NCBI GenBank assembly: GCA_963717435.1
Contig: OY970332.1
Location: 736,001-800,000 of the forward strand
Source of the DNA: an uncultured bacterium
GTDB taxonomy: Bacteria > Babelota > Babeliae > Babelales > Babelaceae
Direction: 5' to 3'
Length of the DNA stretch: 64,000 nt
A program made the position numbers and the translations under genes. The notes under the pieces are model-generated. The model was not told the origin of the DNA. It did no database searches and saw nothing but the letters and a program-made list of their open reading frames with translations. This document shows positions 1 to 8,678 of this stretch, in pieces; within the stretch, counting starts at the first letter, position 1; each line of letters begins with the position of its first letter.

Positions 1-846
1 GCGCAATATTACTTGCCATCAGGTTCGTATATTGTCGTTAACGAAGATCAAAAAGTAAAAGTCGGCGACATTTTGGTTAAAATACCTCGTGAAGCATCCC
101 GTACAAAAGATATCACCGGGGGTCTTCCAAGAATTTCTGAGCTATTCGAAGCTCGTATTCCTAAAGATCCTGCAATTATAGCGGATATAGACGGTGAAAT
201 AGTGTTTGGCGGAATTCATCGTGGTTTGAGAAAAATCAGCGTCGTAAATGGCGATGAAAGCTACGACTACTTTATTCCACGTGGTAAACAGCTGAACGTT
301 ATGAACAACGACAAAGTTAGTGCGGGCGATCGTCTAACTTCAGGTTCTCCTGTACTTTCTGATATACTAAGAATTATGGGGCCAGATGTTCTACAGAAAT
401 ATCTTGTTAACCAGATTCAGCAAATTTACAGATTACAGGGTGTTGATATAAACGACAGACATATCGAACTTATAGTAAGACAGATGTTGAGAAAAGTTCG
501 TGTTGTTGATCCGGGTGAATCAGATTTCTTAATCGGTGATAGAGTTGATAAGATTCATTTTAAGATGGTAAACGCAGCGTTGCAAGCAGAGAACAAAAAA
601 GTTGCTGTTGCAAGACCTGTATTAATGGGTATCACGTTGTCATCACTTGGCACAGAGAGCTTTATATCAGCTGCATCGTTCCAAGAGACAACCCGTATAT
701 TGGCTGAAGCTGCTATATCAGGATCTATTGACTATCTATATGGATTGAAGGAAAATGTTGTTATAGGTAAATTAATTCCTGCGGGAACGGGCGTTAAGTC
801 TTTCCGCAAGAAGTATATATCTGGCGCCACACAGCAAGAAGAATAA
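1..846 (+). CDS. rpoC: RNA polymerase beta' subunit, 3' portion (begins before the window)
   Basis: Motifs DITGGLPR.ELFEAR, QGVDINDRHIE, SFISAASFQETT, GLKENVVIGKLIPAGTG; frame open from base 1. Confidence 0.98.
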   Translation, partial: AQYYLPSGSYIVVNEDQKVKVGDILVKIPREASRTKDITGGLPRISELFEARIPKDPAIIADIDGEIVFGGIHRGLRKISVVNGDESYDYFIPRGKQLNVMNNDKVSAGDRLTSGSPVLSDILRIMGPDVLQKYLVNQIQQIYRLQGVDINDRHIELIVRQMLRKVRVVDPGESDFLIGDRVDKIHFKMVNAALQAENKKVAVARPVLMGITLSSLGTESFISAASFQETTRILAEAAISGSIDYLYGLKENVVIGKLIPAGTGVKSFRKKYISGATQQEE

Positions 847-854
847 AGCATGAT

Positions 855-929
855 AGGCGCGTAGCTCAGTGGTAGAGCATTGCTTTGACGTAGCAAGGGT
901 CAGCGGTTCAATCCCGCTCGCGCCTACCA
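855..929 (+). tRNA. tRNA-Val(GAC)
   Basis: AGGCGCG/CGCGCCT acceptor stem, D-arm AGCTCAGTGGTAGAGC, anticodon arm TTGCT-TTGACGT-AGCAA, T-loop GGTTCAATCC, encoded CCA. Confidence 0.97.
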
Positions 930-1019
930 AGTTAAGTTTAGCTTTTTGTTATTTAGAAGTTATAATTATTAATATTATATTTAGTTACTATTTTTATAGT
1001 TATCTTTTTGGAGTTTTTA

Positions 1020-1268
1020 ATGTCAAAGATCGCAGAAAAATTTAAGTTGAGTCCTAATGACACAGGATCTGTTGAAGTTCAGGTCGCTAATATGACCGAG
1101 AGAATAGAATTACTTACGGCCCATTTGAAAAATAATAAGAAAGACCACAGCACGCAAAGAGGTTTGATGCGTCTTGTTGGTATGCGCCGTAGTTTTCTTG
1201 ATTATTTGAAAAATAACAAGCGTCAGGTTTACGAAAAACTGATTCAAGAGCTTGATTTACGTAAGTAA
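1020..1268 (+). CDS. rpsO: 30S ribosomal protein S15
   Basis: NDTGSVEVQV, HLKNNKKDHSTQRGL; upstream of pnp. Confidence 0.97.
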   Translation: MSKIAEKFKLSPNDTGSVEVQVANMTERIELLTAHLKNNKKDHSTQRGLMRLVGMRRSFLDYLKNNKRQVYEKLIQELDLRK

Positions 1269-1316
1269 TTCGTAATTATTATTATTAATTTTGTTTATTT
1301 ATTATAGGTTGCATAA

Positions 1317-3395
1317 ATGGTAAAAAAGTTTTACTTGCCGGAATTTGGTTACGAAGTAGTGTTAGGTAAGTTTGCTGATCAGGCAAATGGCGCTGCATGG
1401 TTTAGCCAAGGCGGCACAGTTGTTTTGTCCACAGCGGTATCAGCTCCTTCCAAAGATTTTCCGGGCTTTTTTCCATTAACTGTAGATTATAGAGAATTAT
1501 TCGCTGCAGCAGGAAAAATTCCTGGCGGATATTATAAGCGCGAAGGTAAGTTTAGCGATAAAGAGATTCTTACCGGAAGACTTATCGACAGAGCAATAAG
1601 ACCGCTTTTCCCTTCTAATTATTTTGATCAGGTTCAAATTCTTTCAACAGTATATTCAGTTGATAAAGAACATACCCCATATGTATTAGCACTTCTTGCA
1701 AGTTCTATAGCGCTGTGCACATCAGATATTCCATTAATAGAGCCAGTAGGCGCTGTTGAAGTTTGCAGGATAGATGGCTCTTGGGTGACATCTCCGACAT
1801 TTAGTCAGTCCCAAAAAGCTGACGCTAGTATCACAGTAGCTGGTACAGAAGACGGGATCTGTATGGTCGAGGGCTCCGCAAACGAAATCTCTGAATCAGA
1901 ATTTTTAGATGCGCTATTTATCGCCCACGAAAAAATCAAGCAGCAAGTTGCTTGGCAAAAAACTATAGTTAATGAACTTAAGGTTCAAAAACAAGAAATA
2001 GTGGATAAATTCGACTGGGAAGTTTGGACAGACAGAGCTCGCGCAATTTTAACTGATAGCGAAATAAAAAATTTCTGTAATAAATCAAATAAAGCAGAAC
2101 GCGGGCAAGTAACAACAGAATTAAAAAATAAATTTTTTGCCACATACGAAAAAGAATTCGCAGAGCTTGCAATATCTTCTACATACTTAGAATATGTTTT
2201 TGATGCGGCCCTTAAAGAATCCCTTACAAATTATATTTTAAAAACAGGCAAGCGTGTTGATCAACGTAATTTCGATCAAGTTCGAAATATTACCACTGAA
2301 GTTGGTCTATTACCATTTAATCACGGCTCTGCTTTATTCCACCGTGGTGGAACTCAAGCACTAGTAAGTGTTACTTTGGGTGGCGGACAGGACGAACAAC
2401 GCGTTGAAGATTTGATGGGCGATGGTGTTGATAAAACATTTATGCTTCATTATAATTTCCCTGCATTCTCAGTCGGAGAAGTTAGACCAAATCGTGGGCC
2501 AGGACGTCGCGAAGTCGGTCACGGCTACTTGGCTGCTTCAGCTATAAAACAAGTTTTACCTGCCAAAGAAACATTCCCGTACACAATTCGTATAGTTGCC
2601 GATATTTTATCTTCTGATGGCTCAACCTCTATGGCAACAGTTTGCGGATCAACAATGGCTCTTATGCAAGCCGGTGTGCCTATCAGAAAGATGGTAAGCG
2701 GCGTGGCTATGGGTCTTCTTATGGGTGAAAATAATAAGTTCCAGGTTCTTACAGATATCTCAGGAATCGAAGATGCGTTCGGCATGATGGATTTCAAAGT
2801 TGCCGGTACCGATAAGGGTATAACTGCGATTCAGATGGACATCAAGTACAAGGGTGGTCTTGAACGAAGAGTATTTGAGCAAGCGTTAGGGCAAGCAAAA
2901 GACGGTAGACTGTTTATCTTGGGCAAGATGCGCGAAGTTATGACAGAGCCTAATAAAAAGCTTTCAGAACTTGTTCCTCAAGTGTTCACACTAAAAGTTC
3001 CTACGGATAAAATAGGCGCAATTATTGGTTCTCAGGGTAAAATTATAAAAGATATTATAGAAAAAACCGGAACCACTATCGACATAGAAGATGATGGTTC
3101 AGTTAAGATTTACGGACATCCGGGACCAAAAACTGATCAAGCTATATCTTGGGTTAAGTTATTGGGTGGATTAGTCGAACGTAATTCACGACACGTTGGT
3201 CGTATCAAGAGATTCGCTGACTTTGGAATATTTGTAGAGATAGCGCCGGGTCTTGATGGACTTGTTCATATCTCGTATATACCAAAAGACAAGCAACAAA
3301 CTTTTGCAAAGACTATGAAAATCGACGACCTTGTCAACGTAGAAGTTGTGGACTACGAAGAAGCGACCGGAAGAATTAGATTAAAACTTGTCTAA
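1317..3395 (+). CDS. pnp: Polyribonucleotide nucleotidyltransferase (PNPase)
   Basis: FFPLTVDY, RLIDRAIRPLF, RREVGHG, DFKVAGT, C-terminal KH and S1 domains. Confidence 0.98.
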   Translation: MVKKFYLPEFGYEVVLGKFADQANGAAWFSQGGTVVLSTAVSAPSKDFPGFFPLTVDYRELFAAAGKIPGGYYKREGKFSDKEILTGRLIDRAIRPLFPSNYFDQVQILSTVYSVDKEHTPYVLALLASSIALCTSDIPLIEPVGAVEVCRIDGSWVTSPTFSQSQKADASITVAGTEDGICMVEGSANEISESEFLDALFIAHEKIKQQVAWQKTIVNELKVQKQEIVDKFDWEVWTDRARAILTDSEIKNFCNKSNKAERGQVTTELKNKFFATYEKEFAELAISSTYLEYVFDAALKESLTNYILKTGKRVDQRNFDQVRNITTEVGLLPFNHGSALFHRGGTQALVSVTLGGGQDEQRVEDLMGDGVDKTFMLHYNFPAFSVGEVRPNRGPGRREVGHGYLAASAIKQVLPAKETFPYTIRIVADILSSDGSTSMATVCGSTMALMQAGVPIRKMVSGVAMGLLMGENNKFQVLTDISGIEDAFGMMDFKVAGTDKGITAIQMDIKYKGGLERRVFEQALGQAKDGRLFILGKMREVMTEPNKKLSELVPQVFTLKVPTDKIGAIIGSQGKIIKDIIEKTGTTIDIEDDGSVKIYGHPGPKTDQAISWVKLLGGLVERNSRHVGRIKRFADFGIFVEIAPGLDGLVHISYIPKDKQQTFAKTMKIDDLVNVEVVDYEEATGRIRLKLV

Positions 3396-3437
3396 TTAAA
3401 AATTTTTAAAAAATTTTTACGAGTTAAAATTTTATAT

Positions 3438-4229
3438 ATGATACAGCATACTAGGGCTAACAATAGGCGCAACGATGAGTTGCGCCCTCTTAAAGTTACA
3501 TACGACATATTGGCATATGCATCAGGTTCGGTTCTTTTTGAGATTGGAAGTACAAAAGTGCTTTGTGCTGTCACCCGTCAACAAGGGGTCCCCCATTTTC
3601 TTAGGGGCAAGAAATCTGGCTGGCTAACAGCAGAATATTCTTTGCTTCCTGCATCCACCCCATTACGTACAGTTAGAGATTCTACCTCATCAAAACGTAA
3701 CGGACGAACAATCGAAATTTCGAGATTAATAGGGCGCGCCTTAAGGTCTGTTGTTAAGTTAGATAAACTTGGCGAACAGACCATTTTTATTGACTGCGAC
3801 GTTTTACAAGCCGACGGCGGCACTCGTACAGCATCAATAACCGGCGCTTATTTAGCGCTACGCGCTGCTGTGTCAAATTGGCTGGCCCAAGGGATAATCA
3901 CAGAATCTATTTTATCTGATGAAATTTCTGCAGTCTCTGTTGGCATCAGTGGTGGAGAATCTCTTCTTGATATAGACTTTGCAGAAGATAGCACAATAGA
4001 CGCAGATTTTAACTACGTACTTACCCGTTCTGGGAAAATTATAGAAATTCAAGGCTCTGCTGAACGCTGCCCGGTTACATGGGCTCAGCATGACGACATG
4101 AAAAATATAGCTATTTCTGGCGTTAATACAATTTTTGAATTTTTCGACGAAAGCCCATATTTTTCAAAAGAATCAGAGACTATTAACAAATTTGAGTATA
4201 TAAGATCATACGAAAATCTTTTAGAATAA
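3438..4229 (+). CDS. rph: Ribonuclease PH
   Basis: GWLTAEYSLLP, GRTIEISRLIGRALR, DCDVLQADGGTRTASITG. Confidence 0.97.
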   Translation: MIQHTRANNRRNDELRPLKVTYDILAYASGSVLFEIGSTKVLCAVTRQQGVPHFLRGKKSGWLTAEYSLLPASTPLRTVRDSTSSKRNGRTIEISRLIGRALRSVVKLDKLGEQTIFIDCDVLQADGGTRTASITGAYLALRAAVSNWLAQGIITESILSDEISAVSVGISGGESLLDIDFAEDSTIDADFNYVLTRSGKIIEIQGSAERCPVTWAQHDDMKNIAISGVNTIFEFFDESPYFSKESETINKFEYIRSYENLLE

Positions 4230-4256
4230 AATTCTATAAAGTTTTATATTTATCTT

Positions 4257-4281
4257 AAGCGACTATTCCGGTCGCTTTTTC
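4257..4281 (+). terminator. Rho-independent terminator after rph
   Basis: AAGCGAC-loop-GTCGCTT followed by T run. Confidence 0.75.
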
Positions 4282-4388
4282 TATTTAAATCACAGAATTT
4301 TCAAAATTTGTAAATTATATTATTAGGCTTAGAGTTTATTCGAAAATTCAAAAATTTACTTTAGAACCCATGATAAATTAATTTTTTA

Positions 4389-4447
4389 CCCGCTCGTGGT
4401 GAGTGTTTTTCGTAGCTCGAAGAGCGTAGAAAAATGTATCGAACCAT
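4389..4447 (+). repeat. Structured palindromic repeat family A, copy 1 (intergenic)
   Basis: CCCGCTC-GTGGT-GA-GTGTTTTTC...GAAAAATGT-ATC-GA-ACCAT; related copies at 13846, 19899, 36125, 44669. Confidence 0.85.
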
Positions 4448-4562
4448 AAAAAATTAATTTTAGGGTAAGCTCTTGTTTTTGTGTTAAAATAATTATGCAA
4501 AAAAAATTAACACCGTTTTTTAATTAACTTTAAAAAATAAAAATATAAAAATCTGGAACTAT

Positions 4563-6905
4563 ATGCTAAACAGGCCCACCAAAAACAAAATTAAACTATT
4601 TTTTCTTGTTACATTATTAATAACAGTTTCGCCAATTTTTGAATGCAGACATATGGCCCTGGCTAACACTACTCAATTAGTTAATGCTATGGCTGAAGTT
4701 TATCGAGTTGCTCAGACAATAGCCGCATATTTTGTTTTAAAATACAAAAATGACATTGCGGTTCAACAGATGAAATCGGTAGATCAAAACCAACATTCTT
4801 ACAAAAAATTAACTGATACATATAAAAATCTAGTGGATAATATTTCTGGTATAGAGAATATTTCTACTGCAAGGTTAAGACCAAGTTTTGAACTTCCAGA
4901 TAATATAAATCAAGCTATTTCTACTGATCCTCAATATTTATTTGCTCCTACATATCAAGATAATCACCTTGAATTTACTGAAAAACGCTTAGAAGCTAAA
5001 AGTAAAAGTAATCTTGCAACAGCTTCGATTTCTACAATCGCTTCCAATAAAACTAATAATTTCAAATCTAATAATAACCAAAATAAATTTTTTGAATTAA
5101 TCGCAAAAAGTGTCCATAAAATTGTTGAACGAGATCTTTTCCCAGAATCGATATCAAGCTTAAAAATAAGAGATTTTGTGGATCAATCCATGAGGCAAAT
5201 GGGCGAGTATGGCACGGGAGCTTATTTTGGACTTAGAGATAGCGCCGATAGATCATTCTCAGAATATGCCAGACATGTATGGGCCCAACAAGATAGAGCC
5301 TCGTTAGTTACAATGCAACTGATGCAAAAAGATCGTGCATATGAACAAGATATCAAAAACAGATTAGAGGGTATAACCAATATACTCGTGGCATCTAATT
5401 CTCCAACTCTTAATCTTACAAATTTAATTAAATGCAGATTGTTGCTCCCTTATCTTGATATAGAGTATCCATTTAGACATGAGCTTCTGCATTGCCAAGA
5501 TAATATTATAGAAAAATATTTTCATCATAGTGGGCAACTTAGAGAAGATTTTTCTTATAGCAAAAAAGCTTCTGCATATATAGCAAATCTTGTTGAAGAC
5601 TGGCACGGATCTCAACGTCGCAATGCTGTTTTAAATCCCGCTGGACTTGCTTATAGTTTCGATATCGGGAATGACAGAACCACTCGGTCAGGTTTTAAAA
5701 ATTTTACAATGGGCGCGAATAGAAAATTTAAGTCTATTTTTCTTGGGCACATATGGGAAAATACAAAAAAGAACCGATATAATAGAGATTTTTTGGAACT
5801 AATAAAGCACTGTGAAGATTGCAATTTTACTCGGGCCCGCCAAATATTGGATAGATACAATTCAGATTTAATGAGCAGGATTTACTATGAAAACTACCAA
5901 CCGTTTCAGGAAGTGCAATCTGCTGCAAAAAAAGCTAATCAGAATTTTATAAACAATTTATCACAAGCTTCTAACGATCTTGAAGCATCAGAAGTAATTC
6001 TAAATAATATTAATAATCTCAGCGGTAAAAATATAGACCCAAGATCAATCGACTTGGCCCTCCAGACAATAAAAACTGCTTCTGGAACTGAAGTTTCCAA
6101 TGAAATTTCCGAAATTTTAAATAAGCACAAGCTACCTGAGACCACCAACAATTCAGATCGCGTTATTAAGGCCTTTGCATCTGAAGCAAAAAATCTTCAG
6201 AGAGAGATAATCTTAAGAGAATTAAATATAAATCTTTCTGATTTAAGTTTTGACATAGCGCAAGAAGATAAAAATATATTGACGCCCGGTTGTTTTAGGC
6301 CATTTACTTGTGGTATTACATTTGATAGCTGTGCGATTAAAAGCATGTGCGAAAAAAATATTTTTCCTGTACACGCACTAAAAACTCTAAAACAGGGTGG
6401 CTGCTTTCAGTCCGAAGATTCAAAATATTTAATATTTAGAGATGCGGATCTTAATGTCGCAATTCTTTTGGATAAAAAATCAAAAACCATTATCAACGCT
6501 GGCTGCTTTAATAGTGAAATAGATAAAATTTCCCAATCTAACCAGCCATTTGCAAAAATGGAATTAGTCGATACTGGCAAACCAAAAATAAAAGATATAG
6601 AAGAAAAACAAGAACTAAAAACCGTAGACGATATTCTTAGAGATTCAGAATTTTTTAAGGAAACTGAAAATCGTGAAAAAGTAACTAGGCAATATGTAAA
6701 ACCAGGTGGGATAGAAGAAGCCAAAACAGATTTTGGCGCTATGGGACCTATGTCCATTAGGGAAGAAAATGGAGTTCTGCTTGGGGAATTGCCTGATGGA
6801 AAAACAGTAAATGTTAGAGTTAAAAGTACGGATGAAAGGCCAACTTTAGAGATATATGACAGTAAGGCAGATCGTAGTATTAAAATTAGGTATGGTAATA
6901 AATAG
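4563..6905 (+). CDS. Putative secreted polymorphic toxin (signal peptide, long N-terminal region, C-terminal CdiA/MafB-like toxin tip)
   Basis: Hydrophobic N-terminus; C-terminal GELPDGKTVNVR..STDERPTLEI...IKIRY; followed directly by a small immunity-like gene and an orphan homologous tip. Confidence 0.7.
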   Translation: MLNRPTKNKIKLFFLVTLLITVSPIFECRHMALANTTQLVNAMAEVYRVAQTIAAYFVLKYKNDIAVQQMKSVDQNQHSYKKLTDTYKNLVDNISGIENISTARLRPSFELPDNINQAISTDPQYLFAPTYQDNHLEFTEKRLEAKSKSNLATASISTIASNKTNNFKSNNNQNKFFELIAKSVHKIVERDLFPESISSLKIRDFVDQSMRQMGEYGTGAYFGLRDSADRSFSEYARHVWAQQDRASLVTMQLMQKDRAYEQDIKNRLEGITNILVASNSPTLNLTNLIKCRLLLPYLDIEYPFRHELLHCQDNIIEKYFHHSGQLREDFSYSKKASAYIANLVEDWHGSQRRNAVLNPAGLAYSFDIGNDRTTRSGFKNFTMGANRKFKSIFLGHIWENTKKNRYNRDFLELIKHCEDCNFTRARQILDRYNSDLMSRIYYENYQPFQEVQSAAKKANQNFINNLSQASNDLEASEVILNNINNLSGKNIDPRSIDLALQTIKTASGTEVSNEISEILNKHKLPETTNNSDRVIKAFASEAKNLQREIILRELNINLSDLSFDIAQEDKNILTPGCFRPFTCGITFDSCAIKSMCEKNIFPVHALKTLKQGGCFQSEDSKYLIFRDADLNVAILLDKKSKTIINAGCFNSEIDKISQSNQPFAKMELVDTGKPKIKDIEEKQELKTVDDILRDSEFFKETENREKVTRQYVKPGGIEEAKTDFGAMGPMSIREENGVLLGELPDGKTVNVRVKSTDERPTLEIYDSKADRSIKIRYGNK

Positions 6906-6917
6906 GAGAAATAAGAA

Positions 6918-7343
6918 ATGAATGATCAGTGGATAAGATGGGAACCTACTAGTGGATTGGCAGAAAAATATTATGTAGATTCAGTTTTATATGATTGTGA
7001 ACGATTTGAAATATTATTATCTGATAGCAAAAATCCAAAAAATAAAGTTTTAGTAAAATTTGAATGTCTGATTGGAGGTTATAGACTAATCAATGAAAGC
7101 TTTACAATAAAAATTATAAATTATTTAGATGAAAAATATGGTGGAAATTTTTATGGTAAGTGGACTTTTTTTAAGGTAAATGAGTCTTCATATTTAAAAT
7201 GGCTTACTGAAGAGGCAAAAGGATTAAATATAGCTATGAAAATGGATTTTATGCATTTTTCATTTTTAGCTATTGATTATGTTGTCGATGTACTTGCTAC
7301 ACGGGAACCTAAAATCGAATTTATTGGTCAAATATCGAAATAG
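6918..7343 (+). CDS. Putative cognate immunity protein
   Basis: 141 aa, 12 bp after toxin stop with AGGAG RBS; paralog of 7605-8018 (W..WEP, YY.DSV, FFK.., D..VDV). Confidence 0.7.
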   Translation: MNDQWIRWEPTSGLAEKYYVDSVLYDCERFEILLSDSKNPKNKVLVKFECLIGGYRLINESFTIKIINYLDEKYGGNFYGKWTFFKVNESSYLKWLTEEAKGLNIAMKMDFMHFSFLAIDYVVDVLATREPKIEFIGQISK

Positions 7344-7387
7344 ATTAATTGAAAAGCAACTATTCACTTTTAAACACAAGGAGATAT

Positions 7388-7582
7388 ATGGACGTTGATG
7401 ATCAAAAGGATATAAAAAGTGATAACGATAAATCTCAAGAAGCGGAGATCCAAACAAAAATAGGAACTATGCGGGATGGTAAAATTGCCATATTAAGAAG
7501 TATTAGTAAAGATGGAAGGCCTACCCTTGAAATTTATGATCCTGTAAACAAATCAAGCACAAAAATAAGATATAATTCTTAA
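7388..7582 (+). CDS. Orphan toxin C-terminal fragment
   Basis: GTMRDGKIAILRSISKDGRPTLEIYD...TKIRY aligns with the end of 4563-6905; ATG 7388 preceded by AGGAG. Confidence 0.65.
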   Translation: MDVDDQKDIKSDNDKSQEAEIQTKIGTMRDGKIAILRSISKDGRPTLEIYDPVNKSSTKIRYNS

Positions 7583-7604
7583 AATAAAGAAAGGATAGTA
7601 AAAA

Positions 7605-8018
7605 ATGTCAGAAGAATGGATAAAGTGGGAGCCTCTTAAAGAATTGCCATCCCAATATTATATAGATTCTGTTTCAGATACTCGTAAGGCATTTTGTATT
7701 GTATTATCAGATTCCAATGATAGTAAAAACCAAATCAAATTTATATTTGAAGGACCTGTAGATTCTTATAGAAAAACAGAAGAAACTTTTACTTTTAGTA
7801 TTTTAGATCATATTCATAAAAAATATGGAGCAGGGTTTTACAATAAAAATTCCTTTTTTAAGATAGTTAATTCTTTGGATATAAGAGCTTTATCCGAGCA
7901 ATCTTATGGAATTGCTGAGTCAAGAAACTTAACCCATTATGTTTTTTGGGGATTAGATTCGTTGGTGGACGTTATTAGTGCTTCGCAGCCCAATATTGAA
8001 TTTATAACCAATAATTAA
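7605..8018 (+). CDS. Second (orphan) immunity protein paralog
   Basis: Homologous along its full length to 6918-7343. Confidence 0.7.
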   Translation: MSEEWIKWEPLKELPSQYYIDSVSDTRKAFCIVLSDSNDSKNQIKFIFEGPVDSYRKTEETFTFSILDHIHKKYGAGFYNKNSFFKIVNSLDIRALSEQSYGIAESRNLTHYVFWGLDSLVDVISASQPNIEFITNN

Positions 8019-8096
8019 AATTAGAAAAGTTGAAATTTATAGCGAAGAATTAAGTTGATCATACAAAATTAAAGCTCTAAATATTTCATACTTATA

Positions 8097-8678
8097 TTAA
8101 TTCCATTTTAGGATATCTCTACAAATGAATTCTCCAGGAATTCGCCCTGCGAGACTGAAACACAAAATAACAAGCACTTCCATGAAAGATTTCCTGCTTT
8201 CCAACGCAAACAGGTTTTCGTATTTTCTCAGATTTCTTGGATGAATATAGGCTTCTTTTTCCCTGGATAAACGGTCATAAATTGGCAGTCCCATCACTAA
8301 TGCCAAATGAAAAAGAGCAATTTTTTTATCAAATACATCTTTTTGAAGCAGTCTATTATATGTGCTCCACATTAATCCTAATATTAAGCCCCGCAAAATA
8401 TAATTCTTTTCTATTTTAGAGCGTAATATATCGTATTTTTCTGAATATTGTTTAAATAATTTTTTTGCCTCTGGAGATTTAAACTCATAACTATAAGAAG
8501 TTATATCCCCTTCATAGTTGCTATATGAATAGGATTCTACTCTACAATCTTTAAGATAAGGCTCAAATTCGTTTAGCATCTTGCGGTGTTCGATTAAGGC
8601 GTTATCTATATTTATTACATTAATCCCGATTAAAGAATTACAGATTAAAACAAACAGAAAACTAGTGGCGTACTTCAT
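8097..8678 (-). CDS. Hypothetical membrane protein
   Basis: 193-aa ORF, signal-like N-terminus, several hydrophobic segments; overlaps the stop of the AAA gene. Confidence 0.6.
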   Translation of the reverse strand: MKYATSFLFVLICNSLIGINVINIDNALIEHRKMLNEFEPYLKDCRVESYSYSNYEGDITSYSYEFKSPEAKKLFKQYSEKYDILRSKIEKNYILRGLILGLMWSTYNRLLQKDVFDKKIALFHLALVMGLPIYDRLSREKEAYIHPRNLRKYENLFALESRKSFMEVLVILCFSLAGRIPGEFICRDILKWN

